From an uncultured Candidatus Cloacimonadota bacterium (GTDB lineage: Bacteria; Cloacimonadota; Cloacimonadia; Cloacimonadales; Cloacimonadaceae), in the NCBI GenBank assembly GCA_964463825.1, contig CAYXEF010000005.1:1-57294 (forward strand): DNA of 57,294 bases. Reading direction: 5' to 3'. A program made the position numbers and the translations under genes. Within the stretch, counting starts at the first letter, position 1. Each line of letters opens with the position of its first letter. The notes below the pieces were generated by a model. That model was not told the origin of the DNA and made no database searches. It saw only the letters and a list, made by a program, of their open reading frames with translations. Positions 9,213-18,835 of the stretch are shown piece after piece.

Positions 9213-9520
9213 GACGATCCTCCCTCTATTTTATTTTGTTCATATATCAGTACTTTCTTGTTGCTTCTGCGCCATTCGCGATAAGCGGATTTAATCTCCA
9301 ACTCCCAGACGATGCGCTTGTCGTTGTCCTCGAAGGTGACGATATCGATGTAATGCGTGCGTTTGTTTTTGCCCACGAAACTCTTGCGGGGAAACTCCAC
9401 CACGATCTCGCCTCCGATGTTCAGGATGGTGATCTCGTTCAGAATCACGCCCTCGGCTATCTCCACCGAAGCGCGTGCTTCCACGCTTCCCGCCTGCACG
9501 TCACGAAAATGTATATTCAT
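9209..9520 (-). CDS. Small protein with divergent SpoVG-like pattern (putative nucleic-acid-binding)
   Basis: GGAG RBS, stop overlaps the aminotransferase start. Pattern ARASVEI..GVILNEITIL....IVVEFP.K.....YIDIV......R......IKSAY resembles SpoVG by eye. Confidence 0.6.
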   Translation of the reverse strand: MNIHFRDVQAGSVEARASVEIAEGVILNEITILNIGGEIVVEFPRKSFVGKNKRTHYIDIVTFEDNDKRIVWELEIKSAYREWRRSNKKVLIYEQNKIEGGSS

Positions 9521-9548
9521 CGATACTCCACAATCTCAGTTTTCCATT

Positions 9549-9602
9549 TATAAAAAGCTCGCAGTATCGGTCAAGGTTTTTTTGCCCACGTACCGGTCAA
9601 GG
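9549..9602 (-). promoter_or_regulatory. Sigma-70-type promoter for the SpoVG-like/aminotransferase/kor operon, with a duplicated -35 box
   Basis: Minus strand reads CCTTGACCGGTAC...CCTTGACCGATACTGCGAGCTTTTTATAAAT: TTGACC, 16 nt, TATAAA. The CCTTGACCG(G/A)TAC unit occurs twice, 26 bp apart. Confidence 0.5.
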
Positions 9603-9632
9603 AATTCCTCGTTTTCCACAAGTACAGGATGC

Positions 9633-10613
9633 TCAGAACAGCCCCGCCAGCAATTCCCGCGGGGTGACTTCGCCAAAATACTCGCCTAACGGCAGTTGCT
9701 CCAAAACAGCCAGAATCTCCTCTTCGCGGTGCGGCAGGCCGGTCAGCGCTGCCTCCACTTCCGCGGTGTCCCGGTCGCCGAAGAAATCCCCGTAAATGCG
9801 CAATGCGGTTATCATTCCGGCATGGACATCGGCGTGGAACTCAATGGTGCCGGCCGCGCAACGGATCGCCTGGATGTGATTATAGCGGGGCGAAGAGCCG
9901 AAGTTCCATTCCCAAGTATCGTATTTAGATTCCACCAAGCTGCGGACCGCGTCATAATCGGCTTGCGAAAATTCATATTGCCGAGCCTCAGGATACATCC
10001 TCAGCACCTCATTCTGCACCAGGCAGACAAATTCGTCCAGAGAGAGTGGCCGGGCCAGGTGTTCGGAGACATTGGTGACCCGCTGGGAAACCGACCGCAC
10101 AGCCTTGTCGCGGAACTTGAGCGGATTGGCGCGCAGGGCTTGTGAGAGGTCGGCAATGCGAGCGTCAAAGAGTATGGTACCGTGCTGCTGAACCTTGTCC
10201 CGGTAGACGGCACGGGCATTGCCGGAGAATTTCAAACCCTTGATCGTGAGGTCGTTTCGTCCCTCCAACCGGGCATCCACACCCAGCTGCCTCAACACAG
10301 CCAGGACCGGCGTGGTGTATTTAACAAAGCCCCGTTCCTCGCCGCCAGTTCTGTTCATCAGAAAACTGAAATTGAGGTTGCCCAGGTCGTGAAACACAGT
10401 CCCGCCACCGGTCAGACGCCGCACCACGGGGATCCCCTGCTCCCGCACATAGTCGTAGTTGATCTCCGCCAGGGTGTTTTGATGCCGCCCCACGATGAGG
10501 GAGGGGGCGTTGCAGTAAAGCAGGAACACGTCTTCCGCGAAATTGCGGAGGATGTACTCCTCGCTGGCAATATTGAACGGAGCATCGTGTGACCGGCTCA
10601 GGATGAGAAGCAT
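9633..10613 (-). CDS. lplA: Lipoate-protein ligase A
   Basis: FNIASEEY, VGRHQNT, VVRRLTGGGTVFHDLGNLNFSF, GRNDL, KFSGNA, HGTILF, WEWNFGSSP, IYGDFF. ATG at 10613. Confidence 0.92.
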   Translation of the reverse strand: MLLILSRSHDAPFNIASEEYILRNFAEDVFLLYCNAPSLIVGRHQNTLAEINYDYVREQGIPVVRRLTGGGTVFHDLGNLNFSFLMNRTGGEERGFVKYTTPVLAVLRQLGVDARLEGRNDLTIKGLKFSGNARAVYRDKVQQHGTILFDARIADLSQALRANPLKFRDKAVRSVSQRVTNVSEHLARPLSLDEFVCLVQNEVLRMYPEARQYEFSQADYDAVRSLVESKYDTWEWNFGSSPRYNHIQAIRCAAGTIEFHADVHAGMITALRIYGDFFGDRDTAEVEAALTGLPHREEEILAVLEQLPLGEYFGEVTPRELLAGLF

Positions 10614-10620
10614 CGCAGTG

Positions 10621-12336
10621 TCAGGGCTTGTCGAGCACCGCCAGCTCGCCACGCACGAAGTCCACCAGTTCGCGGATGCGGTCTTGGGAAAAATCGAAGG
10701 GGACACCGGCCGTACGGTAAATCTCATCCACCGGCTTGGAGTAGCCCAGATTGAGGAAGTCCTGATACTGCTTCAACGCCTTGGCTTGGTTCTGCTTGTA
10801 GTTCATGTAGATGGAAAGCGCGCCCAGCTGAGCCAAGCCGTATTCGATGTAGTAAAACGGCACTTCAAAGATGTGCAGCTGCATCAGCCAGCGCAGGTGT
10901 TGAAAGTCCTCCAGCCCGCTCCAGTCCAAGCGCGAAGCAAAGCGGCCGCTGAGTTCCAGGAATGCCTGCCGCCGCTGTTCGGCCGTATGGTCGGGATGCA
11001 GATACACCCAGTGCTGAAAGGCGTCCACTGTCATGCACCAAGGCAAGAAAGTCAGGCAGCCCTCCAGTTGGTCGCGTCTGGCTTTCGTTAGATCAGCCGC
11101 ATCGGTGTAGTATTCGTCCCAATAGTCCATACTGAGCAGTTCCATGCTCATCGAAGCCAGTTCCGCAACTTCGCTGGGCGGATCAGCATACCAGGCCAGG
11201 GGGATGTCTTTGACAGCCGCCGCGTGCATGGCGTGGCCGGCTTCGTGGAGCAGGGTGACCACATCGCTGTGCAGTTTGACATGATTCATAAAGATGAAGG
11301 AGGAGCCGAGCTGGTTAAGGTTGGAGTTGTAACCACCGGGGGCTTTGCCCTTGCGGTTTTCCAGATCCAGCAGTCCGGTGTTGTCCATCAGCCGTAACTG
11401 GCGGGCATAGGCAGGATTGACTCGCCGCAACACACGTTCGGCTTTGGCGATGAATTCCTCAGTGGACTCGAAGGGCTGCAGCTTGCGGCCGTCCAGATCC
11501 ACGGCGGTATCCCAAGGCCGCAAAGATTCCAGATCTAAAGTCCGCTGCCGGTGCGCGTCCAATTCCCGCACGAAAGGCACCACCTCGGCCTCCACCGCAG
11601 CGTGGAACTGCGTGAGGTCGTCCGGAGTGTAGGAAAAGCGGCCCAGATTGTCGTGCATATAGTCACGGTAGTTGGCATAGCCGGCATTGGCGGAGATTCG
11701 CATCCGCAGCACCCGCATTTCGTCATACAGGCGGTTGAGTTCTTCCTCGCGGGAGGCAAAGAGCCCCAGACGCAGGCGCCAGGCCGCTTCGCGTTTGGTG
11801 CGGTCGGGATCTTTGAGATAGACGGAGAGCTGGGCGACAGTCTGTTCCCGGCCGTCGAATTCGGCGCTGAGGGTGCTGACCAGGCCGCCGTATTTGTTGG
11901 CCAGTTCGGATTCCTGGATCTTGAGCGGGACGTTTTCCTCCCGGAAGAGCTCGATATCCCGTGCAATGAGGTGGTTCAGGTGTTCATATTGGGCAGCGGG
12001 CAGTTGAGCTCGGTGCGGGCTGTCGTAGAAGCGCTTTTTGATCTCGAAACTCTGTTTCTCCAGGGGCGCTGCCACCTGGCTGTAGTATTGGTTGTAGGAC
12101 TGTTCGAAGCTGGGGTCGTCGGCGTGCAGGGTCATCCGGATGTAGCGCCAGGAGAGTTCGTCGCCCACGGTGCGCTGGAGTTCGGAGTATTTTTCCAGCA
12201 GTTCGAGCAGGCAGCCCTCGCAGGCGATCGGCTGCTGCAGCAGTTCCTGCACGAAGCCCGCCACCGCCACTGGCGAGGTGACGTCGAACTTGGCAGGCAG
12301 GTATTTGGTGGGTAGAGGATGCAGTTTATCGGTCAT
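10621..12336 (-). CDS. M3B family oligoendopeptidase (PepF-like)
   Basis: RKGKAPGGY, HEAGH zinc motif, EVAELASMSME, HIFEVPFYYIEY. Confidence 0.9.
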   Translation of the reverse strand: MTDKLHPLPTKYLPAKFDVTSPVAVAGFVQELLQQPIACEGCLLELLEKYSELQRTVGDELSWRYIRMTLHADDPSFEQSYNQYYSQVAAPLEKQSFEIKKRFYDSPHRAQLPAAQYEHLNHLIARDIELFREENVPLKIQESELANKYGGLVSTLSAEFDGREQTVAQLSVYLKDPDRTKREAAWRLRLGLFASREEELNRLYDEMRVLRMRISANAGYANYRDYMHDNLGRFSYTPDDLTQFHAAVEAEVVPFVRELDAHRQRTLDLESLRPWDTAVDLDGRKLQPFESTEEFIAKAERVLRRVNPAYARQLRLMDNTGLLDLENRKGKAPGGYNSNLNQLGSSFIFMNHVKLHSDVVTLLHEAGHAMHAAAVKDIPLAWYADPPSEVAELASMSMELLSMDYWDEYYTDAADLTKARRDQLEGCLTFLPWCMTVDAFQHWVYLHPDHTAEQRRQAFLELSGRFASRLDWSGLEDFQHLRWLMQLHIFEVPFYYIEYGLAQLGALSIYMNYKQNQAKALKQYQDFLNLGYSKPVDEIYRTAGVPFDFSQDRIRELVDFVRGELAVLDKP

Positions 12337-12464
12337 GGGGTAGTTCCTTGTTCCTTCTTCGCAATACCGTCGCGGCTGCCCGGCGGCGTTTTTTACGTAG
12401 ATAGCACTTTTTTTGCGTGGCTACTTGTTGTCAATTGCCTTTTTATCCACCACAGCCAGCTGGA

Positions 12465-12559
12465 GTCTGGCTCGTCCACTTCCATCCCAATTCCCGCCGA
12501 GTTCGCGCCGAGCAGGCGGGTTCTCGGGGAGAAGTAGATGCGAAGTCGACCAGTCAGAC
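12465..12559. repeat. Degenerate intergenic palindrome with 11-bp internal periodicity
   Basis: Arms 12465-12501 and 12523-12559 are reverse complements at 26/37 positions (manual count). ACTTCC/AATTCC/AGTTCG start at 12478/12489/12500; GAAGT at 12531/12542. Confidence 0.6.
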
Positions 12560-12570
12560 GCCGGGGCGGA

Positions 12571-15500
12571 TCAGTACCTGATCAGGCGTTTACTGAGGTT
12601 GAAACCGGGCCCCTTCGCGAGTAGCAGATAGATCCCCGCGGCCACGCTTTGCCCGCTGGCGTCATGGCCGTCCCATTTCCAGGTAATAGATCCATTTGCC
12701 GCAAATCCTGTCCGCAAGCGGCGGACCAACTGGCCGCGCGAGTTGTAGATGGAAACCTCGGGAATCCCCTGTTTCTGCCACGGCAGAGTGATGGTCAGAG
12801 CGTCGCTAAAGGGATTGGGATAGGCCGATAGAGTCTGGTCTTTACTCGCGTCCGGACGGCTGGCAGTGTAGCTGCGGATGGTGAGCGAGCCGGTGTAAAC
12901 GCCGGTGGCGGGCGGATCGAACCAGTATTGGCTACCGTCGGTTAGCGGGACGCTGTGGCCGTTAAAGTTCAGTTCCACGCTGTAATCAGAGGGCAGCGAG
13001 GCAGCAGAGAGGGTCAGGCGCAGCGGACGCAAGTCATTGACCGTCAGGCAAAAAGCCCAGGTCTTGGCGACGGGATCGTACCATGGATAAAGTTCCCTGA
13101 ATGAGCTTTGCCGTTCGAGCGTGGCCCCGGATTGTGGATCGGCCAAGGGCAGGCTGAGTCGGTAGAGCGCTTCTGGAAAAGCCTGCGGCTTGGGCAGATC
13201 GAGGTTGAAATCGAGACCGGCGCTGCCCGTTTCGGCTACGCCCAGCTGGATTTGGTCGCCGCTGTTGTAACCGTCCGAAACGCTCAGTGATACACTCCAG
13301 ATCGCTGACCAGGGGATGGCCTGGCCCGCATGGAACCAGGGATCGAGCACCAGGGGCAGGGGTTCGGTGCCGCTATTGTGGATCAAAGCAGCCTGGCCGG
13401 GCGGCAGAGCGCTGGCCAGAACCAGCCCGGAGTGGGTCTGCAAGATCACGCGTGGAAACAACAATGAATCGGCCACCAATGCCGCGAAATCACGCTGGTT
13501 GGCTCCGCTTGCGCTATAGAGGTCGCGCAGTTCGAGATGATGGCAGAAGGGATTGGCGAGCAAATTCCAGCCCGGATTGAGGATCTGAGTCACTGCCGCG
13601 GCGGGCAGTTCAGTTGGCAGCGACAACTGGTAGGATTGCGGATGGTAAAGCAGATAGCCGCTGCCGGATTGCACGCTGGAGCAGGCTTCCCAGCCGCCGC
13701 CGGGCTGCAGTGTGTAAGCCGCACCCGGCGGACCCAACATTTCCGTCACCGATTGGTTGAAGCCGCCAAGCGGAAAACTGAGCAGAGCAAAACCGGGAGC
13801 CTGCTGGTAAGCCAGGTTTGGCGGCAGGACGCTGTAGCGGCGGCGGGAGAGGAAGACGCTTTGGGAGCCGTCGTCACAATGCAGGCGGATAGCAAGACGC
13901 GCGGCACTGACCGGTCGGGGCGGGGTGTAGGGTAACTGAGTGAAAACCGGCGAGATTCCGCTGGCGATCAGCAAACTGTCCACCGGACCGCTCAACCAGA
14001 GATCGACAGCCAGCACGCGCGGGCGGTTCAACACCTGCCATTGCAGATCCAATACGGCACCCGGGAATTGGAACAGGTCATCCGCGGCGGGGAACTCGGT
14101 CCGCGGCGCTTGCCGGCCCCAAACCAGCCGCAATTCCTGCCATTGGATGCTGTCATTGAGCCAGACATAAGGTCCCAGGCTCAGGTCATGCCAGCGGTCT
14201 CGCGTGGCATCGTAGAGCAGGATGGCGTTTCCCTCCTGCATCCAGAGCGGATCGGGCGTGAGTTGCAGCGTGACTCCCGTTTGGGTGCAGCGATAACCGA
14301 AAACCCAGGTTTTGGCAGTTGTGAGTGGATCAAAGGGCTGACGGATGTCCTGGTAGCGGACGCTGTCTCCCGCGGCGATTAAAGTCCCCAACAGCAAGGC
14401 CTGGGAGCCGACATTCACCTTCAGATCATAAGCGTCCCTGCCTTCGCTGGCCAGGGGATTGGTACCGATCCAGGCGGTGGCGGTCTGGCCCGATTGCTGG
14501 TTGAGCAATGTCAGCGCGTACTTGCGGTAGGGACAAACGCGCGGCGCCGACCAGTGGAAAAGTTCGCTGCAGTCTGTCAGTTCCGCGCTGACCTGAAAGC
14601 CGTAAACAATGCCGTTGGCAGCTGTGATATCCTGATAGGCGTAGTATCCCCCTTCGTTGTACTGCAGGGCCGGATTCTCGGTCCAACCGGCCAGCAGCGT
14701 GAAGGCGCCCCCGTCCACGCAGCGGTAGATATTGTATCCCGGCACCGCCTGCCCGTAGGTGGTGAAACTCAGATAAACCACATTGTCGCCCTCCACGGCA
14801 TTAAAGTTCGCGATGCCGGCATTGAACTTCCAGATCTTGACTTCGTTGCTGAAGGGGCTTGCATTGCCATGCTTGTCCCGGGCGCGGATCCGGACATAAT
14901 ATACGCGGTTGAGGTTAGGGAGGTCCAGTTGGAATGAACTCTTGCTCTGCCAGGCCAGATCGGGGTGGGTATGGCGGTCGTAAGTCTGCTCTATCCATAC
15001 GCCCTCTTCCTCCCAGCGCAGCGTGATCAGGTAACTGTCAAAGTCGTAGGCGTAGCTCCGCTCCCAGGTAATGGCATTGTAGTTGGTTCCGGCGTAGGTG
15101 ACGCGCAGGTTGGCGGGATTGGATGGCCCGGTGCCGTCGTCCAGGGCCAGCATGCTGTCCACGACGGCGCAGAGCGCGTTCAGCCACGGCGTGTAGAACT
15201 GGATGAAGCGGGTGAAGCGCTGCGCCTGATCCCAACTCTGGCTGGCGGCGTCATAGCCGTAAAACCAATGCCAATTGGCCTCGGTGCGCTCGTAGCATTT
15301 GGGCAATTCGTCCATCTCCACGTGCAGGAAAGGCGAGTAGACATCAAAAAGGTTCTGCTGCTCAGTGTAGAGCATCTGCTGGTTGTAGATTGCGCCGGGG
15401 AGTTCGGTGTTGTCGGCGATGGTAACGCTTTGACCGTCATGTTCGTAGAGCACCGGGTCGTCTGTATCGTGATAGACGCAATAGTAATCCAGAATATCGA

Positions 15501-16431
15501 CTTCGGAGTGGGTGCCAAGGCTGTTTTGGGGATGGATCAGGAAGGGCGTGTGGTTGATCAGGTCGTGCCGGGCGCGCGAGTTGTCACGTAAAGGCAGGGC
15601 GGGCGAAAAACGCCCGTTTCCCGTGGAGAACATCACATTGGGCTGGCCGGGATACTTGTTCCAGTCGTAGCTGTGGATTTGCAGGGAAAACTCGGTCCGG
15701 CCGGTGAGGCCGCGGATCTGGTCTGCGGCGGCCTGATAGGCAATGTTGAAAGGATGCGCGTCCATGCGCGAGGGATCGCTGATCGACTGGTTGTTGCTGT
15801 TGTAGGGCGGAAAGTAAGCCACCTCCCGGCCGGCGCCGGCGATCATCAGGAAACGCGCGTCCAGCCTGTAAAAGGATTCCAGGGCAAAGACCGGTGAAGG
15901 ATAGTCGTCGCAGGGATGCGGCGCCGTGATCAGGATGGGGCGCGAGGCATAGGGATCGTAGATGTAAAGACCCCAGCCCCACTCAAAGCCGCCTGTTTCG
16001 TCGTCTCCGGGATCCGGGGTGTCGTTGTCGTCAATATCTTCGTTGAGCGTCTCACGCAGCATATAGACATTGCGCCCGCTGTCCAGATCCTGGAATTGCA
16101 CCACCTGATAGGGAAAGCCGTATTGCTGGATGCGGGCTTCGGCGCCATCGAGATCCAGCGCCAGAAAAGCGTTGATCACTCTGCCCCAGTCAGCCAACTC
16201 TTGCTGCGTGGCGATGCGGAAATCCCCGAAATCGTTGTTCTGCTCCTCCCAGGGCGCATAGACATTGAGGTATGAGACCCGGCCTTCGGCGACGTGCGAG
16301 ATCCAGTTGTCATAAGCGCACCCAGGCTCGCTGCCATGGAGAAAACCGCGCAGCGAAGCCACTTCCGTGACCACGGCGGTCAGACTGGCGGCCAGCGTGA
16401 ACAGCGCGGCCAGGCACAGGGTCAGGCGCAT
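12571..16431 (-). CDS. Large secreted multidomain protein: possible Zn-hydrolase N-terminus, Fn3-like domains, C-terminal FlgD-Ig tail
   Basis: Signal peptide MRLTLCLAALFTLAASLTA. C-terminal AYPNPF...IYNSRGQLVRRL...WDGHDASG..VAAGIYLL. N-terminal TAPHP, QIHSY, HVEM motifs. Confidence 0.75.
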   Translation of the reverse strand: MRLTLCLAALFTLAASLTAVVTEVASLRGFLHGSEPGCAYDNWISHVAEGRVSYLNVYAPWEEQNNDFGDFRIATQQELADWGRVINAFLALDLDGAEARIQQYGFPYQVVQFQDLDSGRNVYMLRETLNEDIDDNDTPDPGDDETGGFEWGWGLYIYDPYASRPILITAPHPCDDYPSPVFALESFYRLDARFLMIAGAGREVAYFPPYNSNNQSISDPSRMDAHPFNIAYQAAADQIRGLTGRTEFSLQIHSYDWNKYPGQPNVMFSTGNGRFSPALPLRDNSRARHDLINHTPFLIHPQNSLGTHSEVDILDYYCVYHDTDDPVLYEHDGQSVTIADNTELPGAIYNQQMLYTEQQNLFDVYSPFLHVEMDELPKCYERTEANWHWFYGYDAASQSWDQAQRFTRFIQFYTPWLNALCAVVDSMLALDDGTGPSNPANLRVTYAGTNYNAITWERSYAYDFDSYLITLRWEEEGVWIEQTYDRHTHPDLAWQSKSSFQLDLPNLNRVYYVRIRARDKHGNASPFSNEVKIWKFNAGIANFNAVEGDNVVYLSFTTYGQAVPGYNIYRCVDGGAFTLLAGWTENPALQYNEGGYYAYQDITAANGIVYGFQVSAELTDCSELFHWSAPRVCPYRKYALTLLNQQSGQTATAWIGTNPLASEGRDAYDLKVNVGSQALLLGTLIAAGDSVRYQDIRQPFDPLTTAKTWVFGYRCTQTGVTLQLTPDPLWMQEGNAILLYDATRDRWHDLSLGPYVWLNDSIQWQELRLVWGRQAPRTEFPAADDLFQFPGAVLDLQWQVLNRPRVLAVDLWLSGPVDSLLIASGISPVFTQLPYTPPRPVSAARLAIRLHCDDGSQSVFLSRRRYSVLPPNLAYQQAPGFALLSFPLGGFNQSVTEMLGPPGAAYTLQPGGGWEACSSVQSGSGYLLYHPQSYQLSLPTELPAAAVTQILNPGWNLLANPFCHHLELRDLYSASGANQRDFAALVADSLLFPRVILQTHSGLVLASALPPGQAALIHNSGTEPLPLVLDPWFHAGQAIPWSAIWSVSLSVSDGYNSGDQIQLGVAETGSAGLDFNLDLPKPQAFPEALYRLSLPLADPQSGATLERQSSFRELYPWYDPVAKTWAFCLTVNDLRPLRLTLSAASLPSDYSVELNFNGHSVPLTDGSQYWFDPPATGVYTGSLTIRSYTASRPDASKDQTLSAYPNPFSDALTITLPWQKQGIPEVSIYNSRGQLVRRLRTGFAANGSITWKWDGHDASGQSVAAGIYLLLAKGPGFNLSKRLIRY

Positions 16432-16645
16432 CGAATTCTCCTTGGCAAGGCTCTTCTTTTCTTGCAAGTCAGATTGCATACTGCTGCGCTCTTGTCAAGC
16501 ATAATGTCCCCTCCCGCCGGCATCCCCGGGTGACATTTCACCTCGCCAACGACTTGATTTCCTCTTGCCTGCCCCGCGCCGCTGCCTTAACTTATCCTTA
16601 CAATACTGAGTTACAGCGGAAAAGGAATTTGAACAAGGAGCAGTA

Positions 16646-17788
16646 ATGGAGCCCTTTAGTTTTTACAATCCCACCCGTATCCACTTTGGCACGGGTATGA
16701 TAAAACTCGTGGGACAGGAGATGCAGAGCGCGGGCATAAAAAAATGCCTGCTCATTGCCGGCGGCGGCTCGATCCGGAGCAACGGCGTCCACTCCCAGGT
16801 ATGTGACCACCTAAAAGCGTCCGGGATAGACTGGATCGAGGCTTGGGGCGTGCAGGCAAATCCCACTTTGGATAAATTGCGCGAGATCATTGCCCTGGGC
16901 CGCTCAGAGCAGGTTGAAGCGATGCTGGCCGTTGGCGGCGGCAGCGTGATCGACACCGCCAAAGCCGCGGCGGCGGGATTCTACCTTGAAGACGTCTGGA
17001 ACGCCTTTACCGGCAAGGAGCGCATTCAGCAGGCGCTGCCGGTCTTTACGGTGCTGACCTTGTCCGCCACGGGCAGCGAAATGAACGGCACCACTGTGAT
17101 CACCAACACCGAAGAGCGCAACAAATGGGGCATCGGCTCGCCACTGCTCTATCCCAAAGTCTCAATCATCGATCCCTCGGTCCAATGCAGCCTTCCTTTC
17201 CAACAGACGGTCAACGGCGCTCTGGACGCCACCGCGCATATTCTTGAGTATTACTTCATGAACGACACCGCGCAAGCCACCCTGGCCCTGGACAGCGGCC
17301 TGCTGCGCACAATTGTGGAGATGACCGACCGCCTCAGGCAAAACGCCTGCGACCTCAACGCGCGCGCCAACCTGGCCTGGAGCGCAACTCTGGCCCTCAA
17401 CGGGATCAGCGGCATCGGCCTGGCGGGAGGCGATTGGGCCTGCCACAGCATCGAACACGCGTTCTCCGCGCTCTATCCCAGGATCGCCCACGGCGAAGGT
17501 CTGGGTGTCATCTTCCCTGCCTGGATCGAATTCGTCAGCGAACGTCAGCCGGAGCGCTTCGTCAACTGGGCCCGACAAGTCTGGAACGCGGACAGCGCGC
17601 CCCTCGCCCTGCGCCGGTTCCGGGACAAGATCGCCAGTTGGGGTTCCGCCACCAGCCTGCGCGACCTCGGCATCCGGGAAAGCGATCTACCCGTCTTGCG
17701 CGACATCATCCTGCAAAACCGCGCCGTCGGCCGCATCGTCAGGTTCCGGGCCGACGAGATCGACGCCCTGCTGATGCTGGCTTATTGA
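16646..17788 (+). CDS. Iron-containing alcohol dehydrogenase (butanol dehydrogenase/YugJ-like, probably NADPH-linked)
   Basis: FYNPTRIHFG, GGGS, AVGGGSVIDTAK, ATGSEMN, metal ligands DATAH..HSIEH..HGEG; AAGGAG RBS. Confidence 0.9.
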   Translation: MEPFSFYNPTRIHFGTGMIKLVGQEMQSAGIKKCLLIAGGGSIRSNGVHSQVCDHLKASGIDWIEAWGVQANPTLDKLREIIALGRSEQVEAMLAVGGGSVIDTAKAAAAGFYLEDVWNAFTGKERIQQALPVFTVLTLSATGSEMNGTTVITNTEERNKWGIGSPLLYPKVSIIDPSVQCSLPFQQTVNGALDATAHILEYYFMNDTAQATLALDSGLLRTIVEMTDRLRQNACDLNARANLAWSATLALNGISGIGLAGGDWACHSIEHAFSALYPRIAHGEGLGVIFPAWIEFVSERQPERFVNWARQVWNADSAPLALRRFRDKIASWGSATSLRDLGIRESDLPVLRDIILQNRAVGRIVRFRADEIDALLMLAY

Positions 17789-17833
17789 TATCAAGGATAG
17801 ATTCCTGCTGCGTGGGTCTGCGCTAAAACTTGC

Positions 17834-17860
17834 TTGACAAAACCGGGCTCTTGCTATTTT
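17834..17860 (+). promoter_or_regulatory. Putative sigma-70 promoter of lepB-hemW-cca
   Basis: TTGACA at 17834 and TGcTATTTT downstream; the 15-nt spacing is suboptimal. Confidence 0.4.
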
Positions 17861-17899
17861 GGTTTGATTTACAGCGTTTCTGTTTAAGGAAGAGAGAGG

Positions 17900-18835
17900 A
17901 TGAAAGCAAAGAATCCCGTCAAAGAGAAGATCAGGAAGTCCGAATACAAGGTCCCCGCCCACACCATAACCCCCATTCCGGAAGGCCGCAGGTTCCGCCG
18001 CCGCAAGCCCTGGCTGCAGGACTGGATCGAAGCGATCCTCTTCGCCTTCGTGGTGGCCATGATCATCCGTAATTATACATTCCAGAACTTCATGATCCCC
18101 TCCCCCTCGATGGAGAAAACCCTGCTGACTGGCGACTATCTCGTGGCCAACAAGCTCAAATACTACTTCACTGATCCCAAGCGCGAAGACATCGTCACCT
18201 TCCGCTATCCCAAGATCGAGGAAGGCACACCCGAACATCCGGATTCCAAAGACAACTTCGTCCGCCTCTTCCATCCGCTCTACTTCAACAAGAAAGCCTT
18301 CTCCGCCAAATTTCCCCTCACCTTCGCGCACATCAGCTATTACGCCCGTAAAAACGTGGTCAAACGCGTGATCGGGATGCCGGGCGACATCCTGGAAGTG
18401 CGGGACAAGATCGTTTACATCAACGGCAAGCGCTTCGAGCGCGGTTACGAGTGCTACGACGTGCCCCTGCCCTCGCCGCCGCAGGCTCCGGTGCAGGTGA
18501 TCAAACATCGCTTCAGCCAGGGCCAGGACGACGGCATTATCACGCATAACGGCTGGTTCAAGCCCTACGTCGTCAGCCCCGATTCGCTGACCGGGACCCC
18601 GAATCAGGTATTCAACCGCGATTGGTTCGGTCCCATACGCATTCCCGAGGGCAAGTATTTCGTGATGGGCGACAACCGCGACGTGAGCGAAGACAGCCGC
18701 TACTGGGGCTTTCTGGACCGGTCCGACATCACCGGCACCCCCTGGCTGATCTTCTTCTCCAAGGGCATCGAATACAACAAACTGTTCGATACGCCCCATG
18801 TCCGATGGAACCGGATCTTCCGCTTCGCGCATTAG
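17900..18835 (+). CDS. lepB: Signal peptidase I
   Basis: One TM helix, IPSPSMEKTLLTGD (catalytic Ser), VVKRVIG (catalytic Lys), MGDNRDVSEDSRYWG. Confidence 0.93.
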   Translation: MKAKNPVKEKIRKSEYKVPAHTITPIPEGRRFRRRKPWLQDWIEAILFAFVVAMIIRNYTFQNFMIPSPSMEKTLLTGDYLVANKLKYYFTDPKREDIVTFRYPKIEEGTPEHPDSKDNFVRLFHPLYFNKKAFSAKFPLTFAHISYYARKNVVKRVIGMPGDILEVRDKIVYINGKRFERGYECYDVPLPSPPQAPVQVIKHRFSQGQDDGIITHNGWFKPYVVSPDSLTGTPNQVFNRDWFGPIRIPEGKYFVMGDNRDVSEDSRYWGFLDRSDITGTPWLIFFSKGIEYNKLFDTPHVRWNRIFRFAH

